DNA of 63,466 bases, the filler included, from Albugo candida (taxonomy: Eukaryota): NCBI GenBank assembly GCA_040437565.1. It is 40 parts of 40 records of this genome, joined end to end, with 100 filler letters (N's around TTAATTAATTAA, not from the genome) between each part and the next. Parts side by side here need not be neighbours in the genome. Positions count along the whole stretch, not along the records: positions 1 to 1,553 come from JBDOQK010000471.1; positions 1,654 to 3,204 come from JBDOQK010000472.1; positions 3,305 to 4,850 come from JBDOQK010000473.1; positions 4,951 to 6,496 come from JBDOQK010000474.1; positions 6,597 to 8,140 come from JBDOQK010000475.1; positions 8,241 to 9,772 come from JBDOQK010000477.1; positions 9,873 to 11,403 come from JBDOQK010000478.1; 33 more parts are not named here. One strand, 5' to 3'. How positions within the stretch are numbered: position 1 is the first letter of the stretch; each line of letters opens with the position of its first letter. The position numbers and the translations under genes were made by a program. Positions 1 to 10,407 of this stretch are shown here, in pieces. The notes below the pieces were generated by a model. The model worked only from the letters and a program-made list of their open reading frames with translations. It was not told the origin of the DNA and did not search any database.

Positions 1-240
1 ACAAGATGAGTTGACATGGGCAACAATCGCTAGAACAAAAATTAAAGGAAGGTTTAACATACTTTTGTAATAAATACTAAATATATTTGAGACCAAGAGA
101 ATGCCAGCATAGAAAATTTAGACTTCAGAAAAGATAAAAGAAAAAGATATTCAAAAAAGTTATTTATTTTAAAAAAAAAGCGAGAAAAAAAACCCAATGG
201 GTGGTGATATTATATAGTTTTCAAAAAATAAGCAGTCCTA

Positions 241-1553
241 TTATTTTTTTCCACGTTTACTTTTTCTAGTTTCAGAAGACTTGTCAGTACCCTTTCCTTT
301 TCCCTTCTGTTTAGCAGAACCAACTTCAGCACCAGCAGTAGTGTCAGCACGTTCTTTACCTTTTCTTGATCCTGAGGAAGAGCTCATAATTCGTTCAGCA
401 GGAGTAAGCATAGGTGAAGGAGGGGGGGATGTTTCTTCAACATCATCATTGTCACTGATACTTACCTGTTCACCCCTCAAATTATCAGCTGCATCCTCAT
501 CTTCACTACTATCAGAATCTACTTGTACCGTTTTTCTTTTGAAGCTGACATTGGTCCCGCTAGTAGAGCTTTCTCCTCTAGAAACAGAAGGGAGTACGTT
601 CTATTGAAATTTAAAAAAGAGTAAAATAGTGAGTATAATTATGTAAATATAGAAAGTAAATATAAAAGCTATTACCTTAACGGGTGGTGTTCTTTGATTA
701 GGACCTCGAGCCCTGCTATTTCTCAAAATAGCGGTAAGGAAGAAGTTGACCGCATAGTGCTTCTCTGTACAAAACAAAGGTAATCCTTCACGACTAGCAC
801 CAAGAGTTCTTTCCACAAAGTCTTCTACCAGTAAACTATAAGCGTCTCTTGTAGGTCTACTTAAGTCGGACCAGTTAGGAACAGAGTCCCGACCAGCCAG
901 CAATTGCACCTCCACAAAATTTCTAATGGCAGCATAGGTAGCACCATACCTCTCGTTCAAAGCGTTGTCAATTTCTTCATTAGTGTCACCTAAGTTTATT
1001 TGCATTTTTCTGTAGTATAACGCCATCACAAAAAGTAAAGCCTTTTTACCGTGCATGTTAGAAGAGGCATCACTTCTAGAAAAATCTCTGGTACCATGAA
1101 GATTAGGCTGGCTGTACACATTATTTCTTTTTTCAATTGTTCCATAAAATTCAATTAGATTCTCATACACTTGATCCAAAGAAGTGTTTTCAATTGCCAA
1201 AGCTAATATAAAAATTAAAAATTAAAAACGAATTCGTTAATCCAATTTAAAATTAACTTACGTCTGTTTCTTTGAAAACCTAACTCATTACGGCCTTGTC
1301 CACCAAGTGCTTCAGTGACAGCTTCTTTAACCCAAGCAATTAGTTCAGGCTTGAGTACTTCAAGAACGAATTGATAAACAGCAGCAGGATCTTGGTTATC
1401 TTGTTGATGTTGTTGTCGCTGACTATTATTGATGGAAGGCATAGTAGGCATGACAGCACCATCATTAAATGAAAGACCAGCATCAAAAGTTGATTCACTA
1501 GATGAGCCAGTAGCAGTATTACCAGAAGAACCAGTATTTCTAGAAGAAGTACC
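241..1553 (-). CDS. Multi-exon hypothetical protein, 5' partial, of a Mucorales-type family (exons 1553..1262, 1202..676, 600..241)
   Basis: GT-AG introns 1203..1261 and 601..675 join three ORF-track pieces in frame; acidic/Ser-rich C-terminus ends in basic RKSKRGKK; shares a motif with the genes at 37578..38650 and 59002..60054. Confidence 0.7.
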
Positions 1554-1653
1554 NNNNNNNNNNNNNNNNNNNNNNNNNNNNNNNNNNNNNNNNNNNNTTA
1601 ATTAATTAANNNNNNNNNNNNNNNNNNNNNNNNNNNNNNNNNNNNNNNNNNNN
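1554..1653. other. Artificial contig linker (44 N + TTAATTAATTAA + 44 N); first of 39 identical linkers, last at 61947..62046
   Basis: Identical 100-nt spacer about every 1.5-1.6 kb; the 12-mer gives stops in all six frames; contig lengths never increase along the window. Confidence 0.99.
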
Positions 1654-1989
1654 CATGACCACGATTCGACTTGTATGCAAATGGACGAAGTATTAAGCGG
1701 TATTGCCGAAGATGTTAAGAACTTTGCTGTGATTTATGTCGTTGATATCACTGAAGTACCGGATTTCAATACGATGTATGAATTGTACGACCCCTGTACA
1801 GTGATGTTCTTTTTCCGAAATAAACACATTATGATCGATTTGGGCACTGGGAATAACAATAAAATCAATTGGGCTTTCAATAACAAACAAGAGATGATCG
1901 ATATACTCGAAACAGTGTATCGAGGAGCTCGTAAAGGACGGGGGCTTGTGATATCACCCAAAGATTACTCCACCAAATATCGATATTAG
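1654..1989 (+). CDS. TXNL4A: U5 snRNP thioredoxin-like protein Dim1 (5' partial)
   Basis: Near-invariant Dim1 sequence CMQMDEVL...VPDFNTMYELYDPCTVMFFFRNKHIMIDLGTGNNNKINWA...SPKDYSTKYRY. Confidence 0.97.
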   Translation, partial: HDHDSTCMQMDEVLSGIAEDVKNFAVIYVVDITEVPDFNTMYELYDPCTVMFFFRNKHIMIDLGTGNNNKINWAFNNKQEMIDILETVYRGARKGRGLVISPKDYSTKYRY

Positions 1990-2045
1990 AATTCTCGATA
2001 ATTGAAAGGATACAAATTGCACTATTGTTATCGTTTTAGAGAAAT

Positions 2046-3131
2046 TCACAGATTTGATGCTTTTTCTTTGTGTTTGGAAAGAATGTTGAAAAAGAAATCG
2101 CACTCGGAAGCACCATCGTCTGGTAGATCCGTACAATGTACAGCATTACATACGCGGTCGAGACCAAATTTCGCACGGATTGTATGCGGACTCAGCTTCT
2201 TTGCCATATCGACATCCCAAGGACCGACATATGTACGAAAGTCTGGTACGATATTGTCTGTTGTACCTTCAAGTCGTATTGCAACACAAAGGCCTGACAC
2301 AAGATGCTCTACCGTATCATTATAATGAGGTAGAACACCATCATAAACCTCAAGGAATTCGACGGCAGAAGCACGATCCAGGTGGAACGATTCCATAGCG
2401 GTGATAATTGACTCTGGGTATTCTTGAACGGCTTCTATCACTTTTCCGGTAAGCTTGTTTTTTACAATATGTGGAAGGATGACGGCACATGTACAATTTT
2501 GGCCATTTTCAACGCTGTTGTGAAGTTTCCTGATGAAGAAGTTGCGATAATGTTCCGCTTCGGATACTGTTTTAGGATACTCAAAGTATGACGAATTTGC
2601 AGAAACGCTCTTCAGAAGCGGCCCGAATGATACAAGGTGTGCCAGTTTCTCAACACAGTTTGATGCAACGATTTCAATGGAAACAATCGGACCATTCACG
2701 AGGGATGCAATCGATTGTGCAGCTTTTGGTTGGTCCGGCACGGCGTTATAAAAATCTTCAGCCTCTTTTGACGGTATCTGCATCAATTTCACCGCTGATA
2801 GCATAAACCCTTGTCTTTCCAACGTATCTAATATTCCACCGATTCGAGAAATACCAGCTCCATTCACAATAAGAACGGAATGCTGTCGTTCTACTCCAAG
2901 TATCTCGCGCGTCGATGCGTCCAAATAATCGAGCAATTCGAAAGTTCGAGCAAAGACACATACTTTCGCCCCCACATAAAAGTCACTGCCAGAAGCAGAG
3001 GCGGGGCATTCTGTTCGTTTCAAAAATAATTTATTTGTCTTTGTGTCAAAGATCTCAATTTGATGTGATTCCACAAAGTAGCGGATGTTATAGTGGCGAT
3101 GCAGTCTATCGTGAGATATCCACACAATCAT
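2046..3131 (-). CDS. NME7: Nucleoside diphosphate kinase 7 (DM10 + two NDK domains), axonemal; start uncertain
   Basis: DM10-like IEIFDTKTNKLFLKR; second NDK domain EFLEVYDGV...GPWD...TIRAKFGLDRVCNAVHCTDLPDDG; convergent with DIM1 (56-nt gap). Confidence 0.92.
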   Translation of the reverse strand: MIVWISHDRLHRHYNIRYFVESHQIEIFDTKTNKLFLKRTECPASASGSDFYVGAKVCVFARTFELLDYLDASTREILGVERQHSVLIVNGAGISRIGGILDTLERQGFMLSAVKLMQIPSKEAEDFYNAVPDQPKAAQSIASLVNGPIVSIEIVASNCVEKLAHLVSFGPLLKSVSANSSYFEYPKTVSEAEHYRNFFIRKLHNSVENGQNCTCAVILPHIVKNKLTGKVIEAVQEYPESIITAMESFHLDRASAVEFLEVYDGVLPHYNDTVEHLVSGLCVAIRLEGTTDNIVPDFRTYVGPWDVDMAKKLSPHTIRAKFGLDRVCNAVHCTDLPDDGASECDFFFNILSKHKEKASNL

Positions 3132-3304
3132 TAGAAAGAAGGGAATTTAGCGATATGCGTACTGTGCTATCTCGTCAAACCATCGTGCTTTGAAGCAGTA
3201 GCTTNNNNNNNNNNNNNNNNNNNNNNNNNNNNNNNNNNNNNNNNNNNNTTAATTAATTAANNNNNNNNNNNNNNNNNNNNNNNNNNNNNNNNNNNNNNNN
3301 NNNN

Positions 3305-3721
3305 GAAGAGAATATCAAGCGTGGAATGGATCCCAAACCAAAAGGTGAAGATGTTCCAAAATGGTTCATTAGCCCTTACTGTTCCCAAGTTGTCGCTGAC
3401 GCTTATAAAATTCCGGTTTGTATTTACTCTGGTCCTTTCATGTCAGTAGATCAGTCTTTGAGCTTTGTGCCAGTCGAACCGCCTGTAAAGCCTGTCATTA
3501 TGCTTCGACCATATGTTCTACAAAACAGAAATAACATTCATTGGGTGGCTGTTGTTTTTGGACGTAATCAACCTCGTTTCCCTGTTGTTTTGACGTCTTA
3601 CTTCATGCTTGATCTCAGTTATGAAAAACTTTTTCCAGTAACATGGAACCGTTTCAAACAGTTTCATAATCACAAAACTGATGACGAGAACCCTATGTAT
3701 TTTAGAAGAATGAGGAACTAA
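3305..3721 (+). CDS. C-terminal half of an OTU-like cysteine protease domain (3' end of a MULE-associated gene)
   Basis: WFISPYCSQVVADAYKIPVCIYS...SFVP...NNIHWVAV aligns with YFCFPEHPRIACETYKRALVFVS...TFVP...SAHLYLI of the OTU ORF at 10408..10947. Confidence 0.65.
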   Translation, partial: EENIKRGMDPKPKGEDVPKWFISPYCSQVVADAYKIPVCIYSGPFMSVDQSLSFVPVEPPVKPVIMLRPYVLQNRNNIHWVAVVFGRNQPRFPVVLTSYFMLDLSYEKLFPVTWNRFKQFHNHKTDDENPMYFRRMRN

Positions 3722-4064
3722 ACTGGATGTAAATTCCATTGCATTGATAATAAATATTGTACTTTTTTAAAATAAGTATATTAACTAGATCCATAAATTG
3801 TAAGGTGTAAATTGTCCTTTGTAAATTGAAAAGCGAAATTGGCGTAGATGTGTGTTTGTTTACTAGTTTCGAGCGTCTTTTATTGAATGTTGTGATTATA
3901 GGTTTAAAGATGGAAGAAAGAACAAAAGATAATACGAAAAAAAGTGCAGGGGTGTTTTTAAGAACAGGCCGTCCTTTGTGGCTTGTGTTTTATGTTGCTT
4001 GTGGTAGAAAATACACTTTTATGTGGCTTGCTTTAGGTTGTTTCTATGTGATGGAACACTCCTT

Positions 4065-4172
4065 ATGTGCTGGAACACCTCTTGTGTGCTGAAACAATTT
4101 AGGACTCCGAAGTGTGTGGATCGGGAGTGTTCTAGCACATAGTGGATTTTGTTCCAGCACGTAAGATTACGC
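4065..4172. repeat. Putative MULE terminus with subterminal inverted repeats (TGTGCTGGAACAC / GTGTTCTAGCACA / TGTTCCAGCAC)
   Basis: Ends in CGTAAGATTACGC, whose reverse complement GCGTAATCTTACG resembles GAGTAATACTACG at 9873; CACTA coding sequence begins abruptly at 4173. Confidence 0.5.
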
Positions 4173-4850
4173 AATAACAAAAGATACAAAGAAGATGGAA
4201 CTACACCGGTGGCCACTACTACTCAATTACCTCTTGCTTCTCAAATTGCCACCTTTTTTGACAATCAAAAAAGCCCTGATAACTTACTTTACCGCATTAA
4301 TAGAGTACCCAGTGGCACTGATAAGCTTGATGATATTTTTGACGGAGCTGTATATAATAGATACAAGCATCTTTTTGAAAATGATCTTGATTTGGCTTTG
4401 GCTTTGTATATTGATGGTTTCAACCCCAGAAAAAGAGGAAGTGTTTCCATGGTTACTTGTATGGCTGTCATTCTCAACCTCCCTCCTAATATGAGGTAAA
4501 ATAATAATTTTTTATGCAATGGGAAATGTCAAAGTTGTTAACTTTATTAAACTTTTCACAGATATAAAAAAGAAAATATGCTGCAAATATTTATCACATG
4601 TGCTGAAAAAAAACCCAAAAACATATTCAGTTATTTGGCCCCCACTTTGAAGGACTTGATCACCTTGCAAAAAACAGGAATGAACATTACCAACGCCAAC
4701 AATGAGTCATTTTTAGTAAAAGCGTTTGTTTTAACTACTATTGGTGACTTTCCCGCCATGGCTGAACTAGCTCTTCATAAAACGCATGCTTCCATGTACG
4801 GATGTCGTATCTGTACCGTTAAAGGTGTAAAAAATACTAGCCGTGGAGGA
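4173..4850 (+). mobile_element. CACTA/EnSpm (Tnp2-family) transposase fragment, intron 4496..4561
   Basis: DIFDG...LALALYIDGFNP...ILNLPP.MR|YKKENML...IGDFPAMAEL...YGCRIC motifs; splicing restores the frame. Confidence 0.88.
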
Positions 4851-5315
4851 NNNNNNNNNNNNNNNNNNNNNNNNNNNNNNNNNNNNNNNNNNNNTTAATT
4901 AATTAANNNNNNNNNNNNNNNNNNNNNNNNNNNNNNNNNNNNNNNNNNNNTTATTAAAGTTTTAAAAAAAAGCACATGATTCGAAAAATATTCGAATTCC
5001 GTTTTTGATTTTTTTCGCCTTTTGTGGGTTCCCAAAAGGTTTTTTTATTTAAAATACCGATCTTGAGAAGGCCTATTATTACGACCAGTCCGGCATGTCA
5101 AAAAACTCTGATGAATATCGTCCAAATTATAATGAGCGACGTAAAAAGCTGAATTAAATAGAGGAAACACAAAATCAGATAAAACATCAATAAAAACTTT
5201 AAAATTAAGAAAATCATGGAAAAAAAAAAAAAAAAAAAAGTTTAAAATATCACAATGTACCAAAAACAGAAAAACCACTATCTATCAAATTACAAATCAA
5301 CAATATTACAAATAC

Positions 5316-6496
5316 ATGCAGACAAATTACAATACAATGGAAGACAATTATATACAACTACTCAAAGAATATTTACCCAATTTAAAGGTACCCGAATCAG
5401 CAGATTCCGATGCCAAGAAATTCCTTACTAAACAAGCTAAACATTACACCTTATTAAATGGCGTTTTATATCGATGTAACTTTGATACTTATAAACATAG
5501 AAAGGTTTTAACAAAATCAGAAGCATTAGAAGCACTATACAATGCACATCAACACCCGTTAGGAGGACATCTTGCTTACACTAATACTTTAAATAAAGTG
5601 GCTTCTCTTTTCTTTTGGCCATCTATGAATGCCCAGGTACTGCAATACGTACAAAAATGCCCGCGCTGTCAAAGACATTCAAGAAAGGAACTTCGGGAAA
5701 GGCTTCATCCGGTTGCTGTACTACATACACCATTTTCTCAAGTTGCTATTGACGTAAAACATGTTTCTCCAAGTAAAGCTGGCCATCGATATATTGTTGC
5801 TGCAATATGTTATTTAACAAAATATGTCGTTGCAAAACCTCTAGTTTATCAAACTGCTGCTGAAATTGCCCTGTTTATTTATGAGGATATCATCTGCTCA
5901 TTTGGAACACCACTGCGCTTAATTACAGATAATGGTAGCCCCATGGTTAGTGAATTAGTAGAACAAGTTTGTTTCCAATTTTCGATACGTCACGTGAAAA
6001 TAAGTTGCTATAATTCGCAGGCGAACGGATTAATTGAGCGATTCAACAGAACTCTTGATCAAATATTACAAAAACGTTCAACAGAAGAAAAGCAGCTGTG
6101 GAATATATATTTGCCGGCCGTGGTCTACGCCTATCGGAGCATGAAACAAGCCACAACTAAAGAAACACCATTTTACTTATTGTATGGTTATAATCCAAAG
6201 ACTCCCTTCGAAGCAACTAAGGCCATAGATCCTACCTCCTTAAAATTTGAATCAATGTTAAGACAAAGAACCATACAGCAAATAGTAACTCTCAATCAAG
6301 TTAGACAAAATGCTTTAAAAAAGATTGAAGCATCACAAAAAGCACAAAAAAAGGCTATTGACAAAAGATTATTGGAACAGAAAAAATTATTAAAACCAGC
6401 ATTTGAAGTAGGTGACATAGTGGAACGTTACAGAGACTACACAGGATATGGATGGTCTGGAAAACTCACAGATAAATGGGTCGGATGCTACACGGT
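5316..6496 (+). mobile_element. Gypsy/Ginger-type DDE integrase (H2C2 zinc finger, rve core, GPY/F-like tail), 3' partial, with its own ATG
   Basis: HQHPLGGH...CPRCQR; VAIDV; ITDNG; NGLIERFNRTL; TPFYLLYG; FEVGDIV...KWVGCY. The 365 nt upstream look non-coding. Confidence 0.9.
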
Positions 6497-6596
6497 NNNN
6501 NNNNNNNNNNNNNNNNNNNNNNNNNNNNNNNNNNNNNNNNTTAATTAATTAANNNNNNNNNNNNNNNNNNNNNNNNNNNNNNNNNNNNNNNNNNNN

Positions 6597-7082
6597 ATCA
6601 ATTTCAACGCACTTTCAATTTTTGCCCTATTTAGAAAAAAAAATATTAATATTGGATCAACTCAAGATGTACATCGCTTTCTTACACTGCCAAAAAACGC
6701 GTTATCAACTCGTCTTTTTTTGTAGTAGTTGAAGCTACTTTTCCTCCAGAAGCCTATACTGTTTTTTGAGAATTCCAATTACTACAATTTCTTCCACCAA
6801 GTAGACACAGATTGGTAAAAAAAAATCAATTTCATCGCACTTTTAATTTTTACCCTACCACTATTTGAAAAATCGTTAATAATAGGTATTGGATTAACTC
6901 ACGATGTACATCGTTTTCTTACACTACCTTATAAACTCCAAAAAAGTGTTATCAACTTGTCTTTTTTTTTAGTAGTTGAAGCTACTTTCCCTTCAAAAGT
7001 CGATATAAGTTTTTGAGAATTCCAAATACTACAATTTCTTCCACCAAGTAAGCACAGTTTGGTAAAAAAAGAAAATAATTTC
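6597..7082. repeat. Diverged tandem duplication, two units of about 230-255 nt
   Basis: Shared blocks GATGTACATCG, GTTATCAACT, AGTAGTTGAAGCTACTTT, TTTTTGAGAATTCCAA and TACTACAATTTCTTCCACCAAGTA in the same order. Confidence 0.85.
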
Positions 7083-8240
7083 CTATATGTACTGCTTTGA
7101 AATTAAAAACTGAAATTTGTATGGAGGAACTAATATATAACAGGTATTTACCTCTAATCAAAAAGACAAACCTTCTTTTTGTATCGAGTCGTTTTTTTTT
7201 CTGCCCCAAGTTAAGTATCTTAAAGAAAAGTGAATTCAGACGCATAGCAAGACGAAGAAGAAGTATTTATTGCTGTTGCTGTTGCTGTTGCTGTTCATGT
7301 TGTTGTTCTCGTCTTTACTTTATGTAATCAGTGCTAGTTCTTCCGATGTAAACGACTGCTATTTAATAGAAAAGAATTTGTTTTAAAAAATACAAAAGAG
7401 AAAGAGAAAAAAAAAAGAGAAAAAAAAATAGCTGCTTTTAAGCGGAAATTTTTGTACTCAGGTAATATATTCACTAATAAATCAGAGACTCCGTCTCCAT
7501 ATAAACAAAAAAATACTCAGGTAATATAGGAATCTTTTTAGAAAGTTCCAACAAGCGTACATTAAATAAACATTCTTTTTATTCGAATTATCAGTAAGCA
7601 CAGCTAAATTTACGATGGTATATCACAATATTTTATAAAGGAAAATGGTACATTACAAATGATATGGTAATCAAAAATAAATGTAGTTGAAGAAAGCAGA
7701 AAAAATTATTTGACTCTTATTAACTGGATAAATAAAGCTAGTTGCCTTTAACAGAAATCGACCTTTCCTGTAGCTAATGTAAAGCTTACAATGAGTACAT
7801 GCTTTTGGATGCAACACTTTTAATAACGCCTTTGCTTGTTTTGAAGTAAAAGAGCTTAAAAATAAACTAACGCCTTGAGTTTTTAATTTATAGGATGATC
7901 TTGCATTATTTGCCTTTTGCATTTTTTTTTGAAGAAGAAAAATAAACTCGTCAAGAATTCGTAGTTACTTCATCAAGTACCAAACACATACAGTAAAGTT
8001 GATAGCATTACTAGAGTCGACTGAATAACATCTAAAATAATTACTAGAAATACTTTTTACAAGTCGAAGAAAATGCTACATAATTTTTTTCTGCGTAGAC
8101 AAATAACCCAAAGCAACCTTTTTTTTTGTGAAACGTTCCTNNNNNNNNNNNNNNNNNNNNNNNNNNNNNNNNNNNNNNNNNNNNTTAATTAATTAANNNN
8201 NNNNNNNNNNNNNNNNNNNNNNNNNNNNNNNNNNNNNNNN

Positions 8241-9393
8241 AAGAGCTTTCATTTGGAATAATTCCAGCAACTTCGTTGGCAGTAGGAAGATTTTCTGTTC
8301 TTCTGTCACCACCAGCTACTAACTCCATTTGCATCGAAGGGAAAATACGGACAAAAGGGTTTTCCTCCTCAGTAGTGTTGCTTAGGATTTCATGTGCTGA
8401 TCGGTACATTGAAGCATATGGATTACATTCATGAAGCATTGTTGATAATCCATTCAAAATCTCACGATCAAGATCAGTGTTGGTAAGAGATTTAACAGAA
8501 GCTGCATACTCGGGATCGTAAATATAAAGTTGTGCATACTTTGGTTGACTATCTCCAGGATTAAGTGGCCCTTGGGTATGATACATCTGGCCGTGAATAG
8601 AAAAAGGCATGTTTGGAACATGCTGATTATGAACCTCACAGCTCAACGAAGTAAATGCAAAAGCAGCATTGTAGCGTCTTAAATTATTTAAGAATGTTGT
8701 TCCACGGGTTGTGGTGTCCTCAAACAATGATTTCAAGAATGGTGGTGGTGGCTTAAGACGATCAAGCTTAACTGCTCCTCTTTTGCAACATGACGTGTAG
8801 AAGGGGTTGGCGCTAGAAGAATTAGCAGGTAATTCGGCTCTCCAGTGCTTAGCACCACAATCGTTACAGGTTTGATCCATGGGACCGAGATCAAAAGGTT
8901 GGTAGCGAGGCATCTGAGAGATGAAAGCTAAAGGCTCATCAGGTAAAGTAGTAGGTACTTGGGGAGAAGAAGCACTACTCTCTTGAAATCTATGCTCATT
9001 ACGCTCACTGCTGTAGTATCTTCTTCTTCTAGTTTCCTGTTAAAAAAATTAATAACTCTTAATAATAACATGAGACATGAGTTTGAGTTCTCTTACACGA
9101 CATGCGGAACAGGTGGAAAAAGTAGAATGTTGGAAGGATCTTCTACAATTTCTGCATTCTCTGGTAGGGGTTGAGTTCAACATGAAGTTAATGTTCATAG
9201 CGAATCTCGAAGATGGGTTAGGAACAGGAACGGGCAAAGGGGTTTCAGGCTCGTTCATAATGAAATCGAGGTTCATGGCAGAAGTTCTTGGTTCAGATTC
9301 GTTCAACATGAAGTTTAAACTCATAACTGAAGAAGTTGGTTCGGGATCGTTTAACATGAAGTTTAAATTCATGGTTGGATTGGAATTGCTCAT
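8241..9393 (-). mobile_element. Helitron Rep/helicase gene, N-terminal part (exon 1 9393..9097, intron 9096..9037, exon 2 9036..8241)
   Basis: LGPMDQTCNDCGAKHW..E...CCKRGAVKL...YNAAFAFTSL...FSIHGQMYH..GPL...YAQLYIYD...LHECNPY...PTANEVA; a phase-0 GTAAGA..TAACAG intron joins both ORFs in frame. Confidence 0.92.
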
Positions 9394-9872
9394 AATGAAG
9401 CTTATTTTTTTTTTTAATAAAAGACGAAAAGCAAAAGGCAAAAAACTTTGTCGCGCTAGTTTATTTTATTATTGTTATTAATACAAATGGCTCTTTAAGG
9501 TAATTGAAATCTAGGGCAAATCTATTTTTATTGTGTTTCAAAAGATTTAGTTATTTTCATTGTGTTACTATGGCACCCCACTCAACCTCTAAAGGCAGTC
9601 TAAATTTAGTTTTTTTTATTGTGATTTCTTAGGAAAACTTTAATTGGTTTCACCAGAACGCTTAATCTGCTTAGTCAAATAGAATAGGTGTTACAAAATG
9701 GTTAAAATGGTTAAAAGGGTGTTACAAAATAATGACGCCACAAGACGAAGATTTCAAACATTTTTCAGTATANNNNNNNNNNNNNNNNNNNNNNNNNNNN
9801 NNNNNNNNNNNNNNNNTTAATTAATTAANNNNNNNNNNNNNNNNNNNNNNNNNNNNNNNNNNNNNNNNNNNN

Positions 9873-9960
9873 GAGTAATACTACGCGCGCTCCGGAGGCG
9901 CGCTCCAAAATAACTTTGATGACGTAGAAAAGTGACTTTGTGACGTAGACAAGTGATTTT
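9873..9960. repeat. Putative MULE terminal inverted repeat (GAGTAATACTACG...)
   Basis: Contig starts exactly here; internal repeats GCGCGCTCC x2 and ACTTTG(A/TG)ACGTAGA-like x2; 535 nt downstream of the OTU stop codon. Confidence 0.45.
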
Positions 9961-10407
9961 GGAGTGTAATCGCACTCCAGAAATAAAAATTCTACACTCC
10001 AAAAATAAAAATAGTTGTCCGGCAGATTTGTGAAGATCTTTCCGGTAGAGGAAATTTTTGAGTTTCTTCAAAAATACATTATGCATTATGCTTTTGGGAA
10101 GAATAGCGTGAATTATAATAACATAGAAAGGTGTTACTTTCAACATTATTTTTTTTAAAAAAAGCAGCCCTCTATTATCCTGTGTCAAAATTTGTATAAA
10201 ATCTTTACAGGTTTCAAGTAAATGATTAAGGGTTTTTTGGTAACAATAAAAAAAAGAATTTCCAAAGAAGCGATAAAATATAAAATGTTTATTTGGATAA
10301 AAAATATAAGGTTATTGTAAATATAAAATAATAAAAAGAAAGAGAAGGAGAAAAAGAAGAACAAAGAGAAGAAAGAGAAAAAGATGTTTGGTTGAAGAAA
10401 AAGAAAG

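Noticed and set aside
7271..7305. Poly-Cys ORF 7097..7327
   Set aside because: Translation of a (TGCTGT)n microsatellite; no other coding signal.
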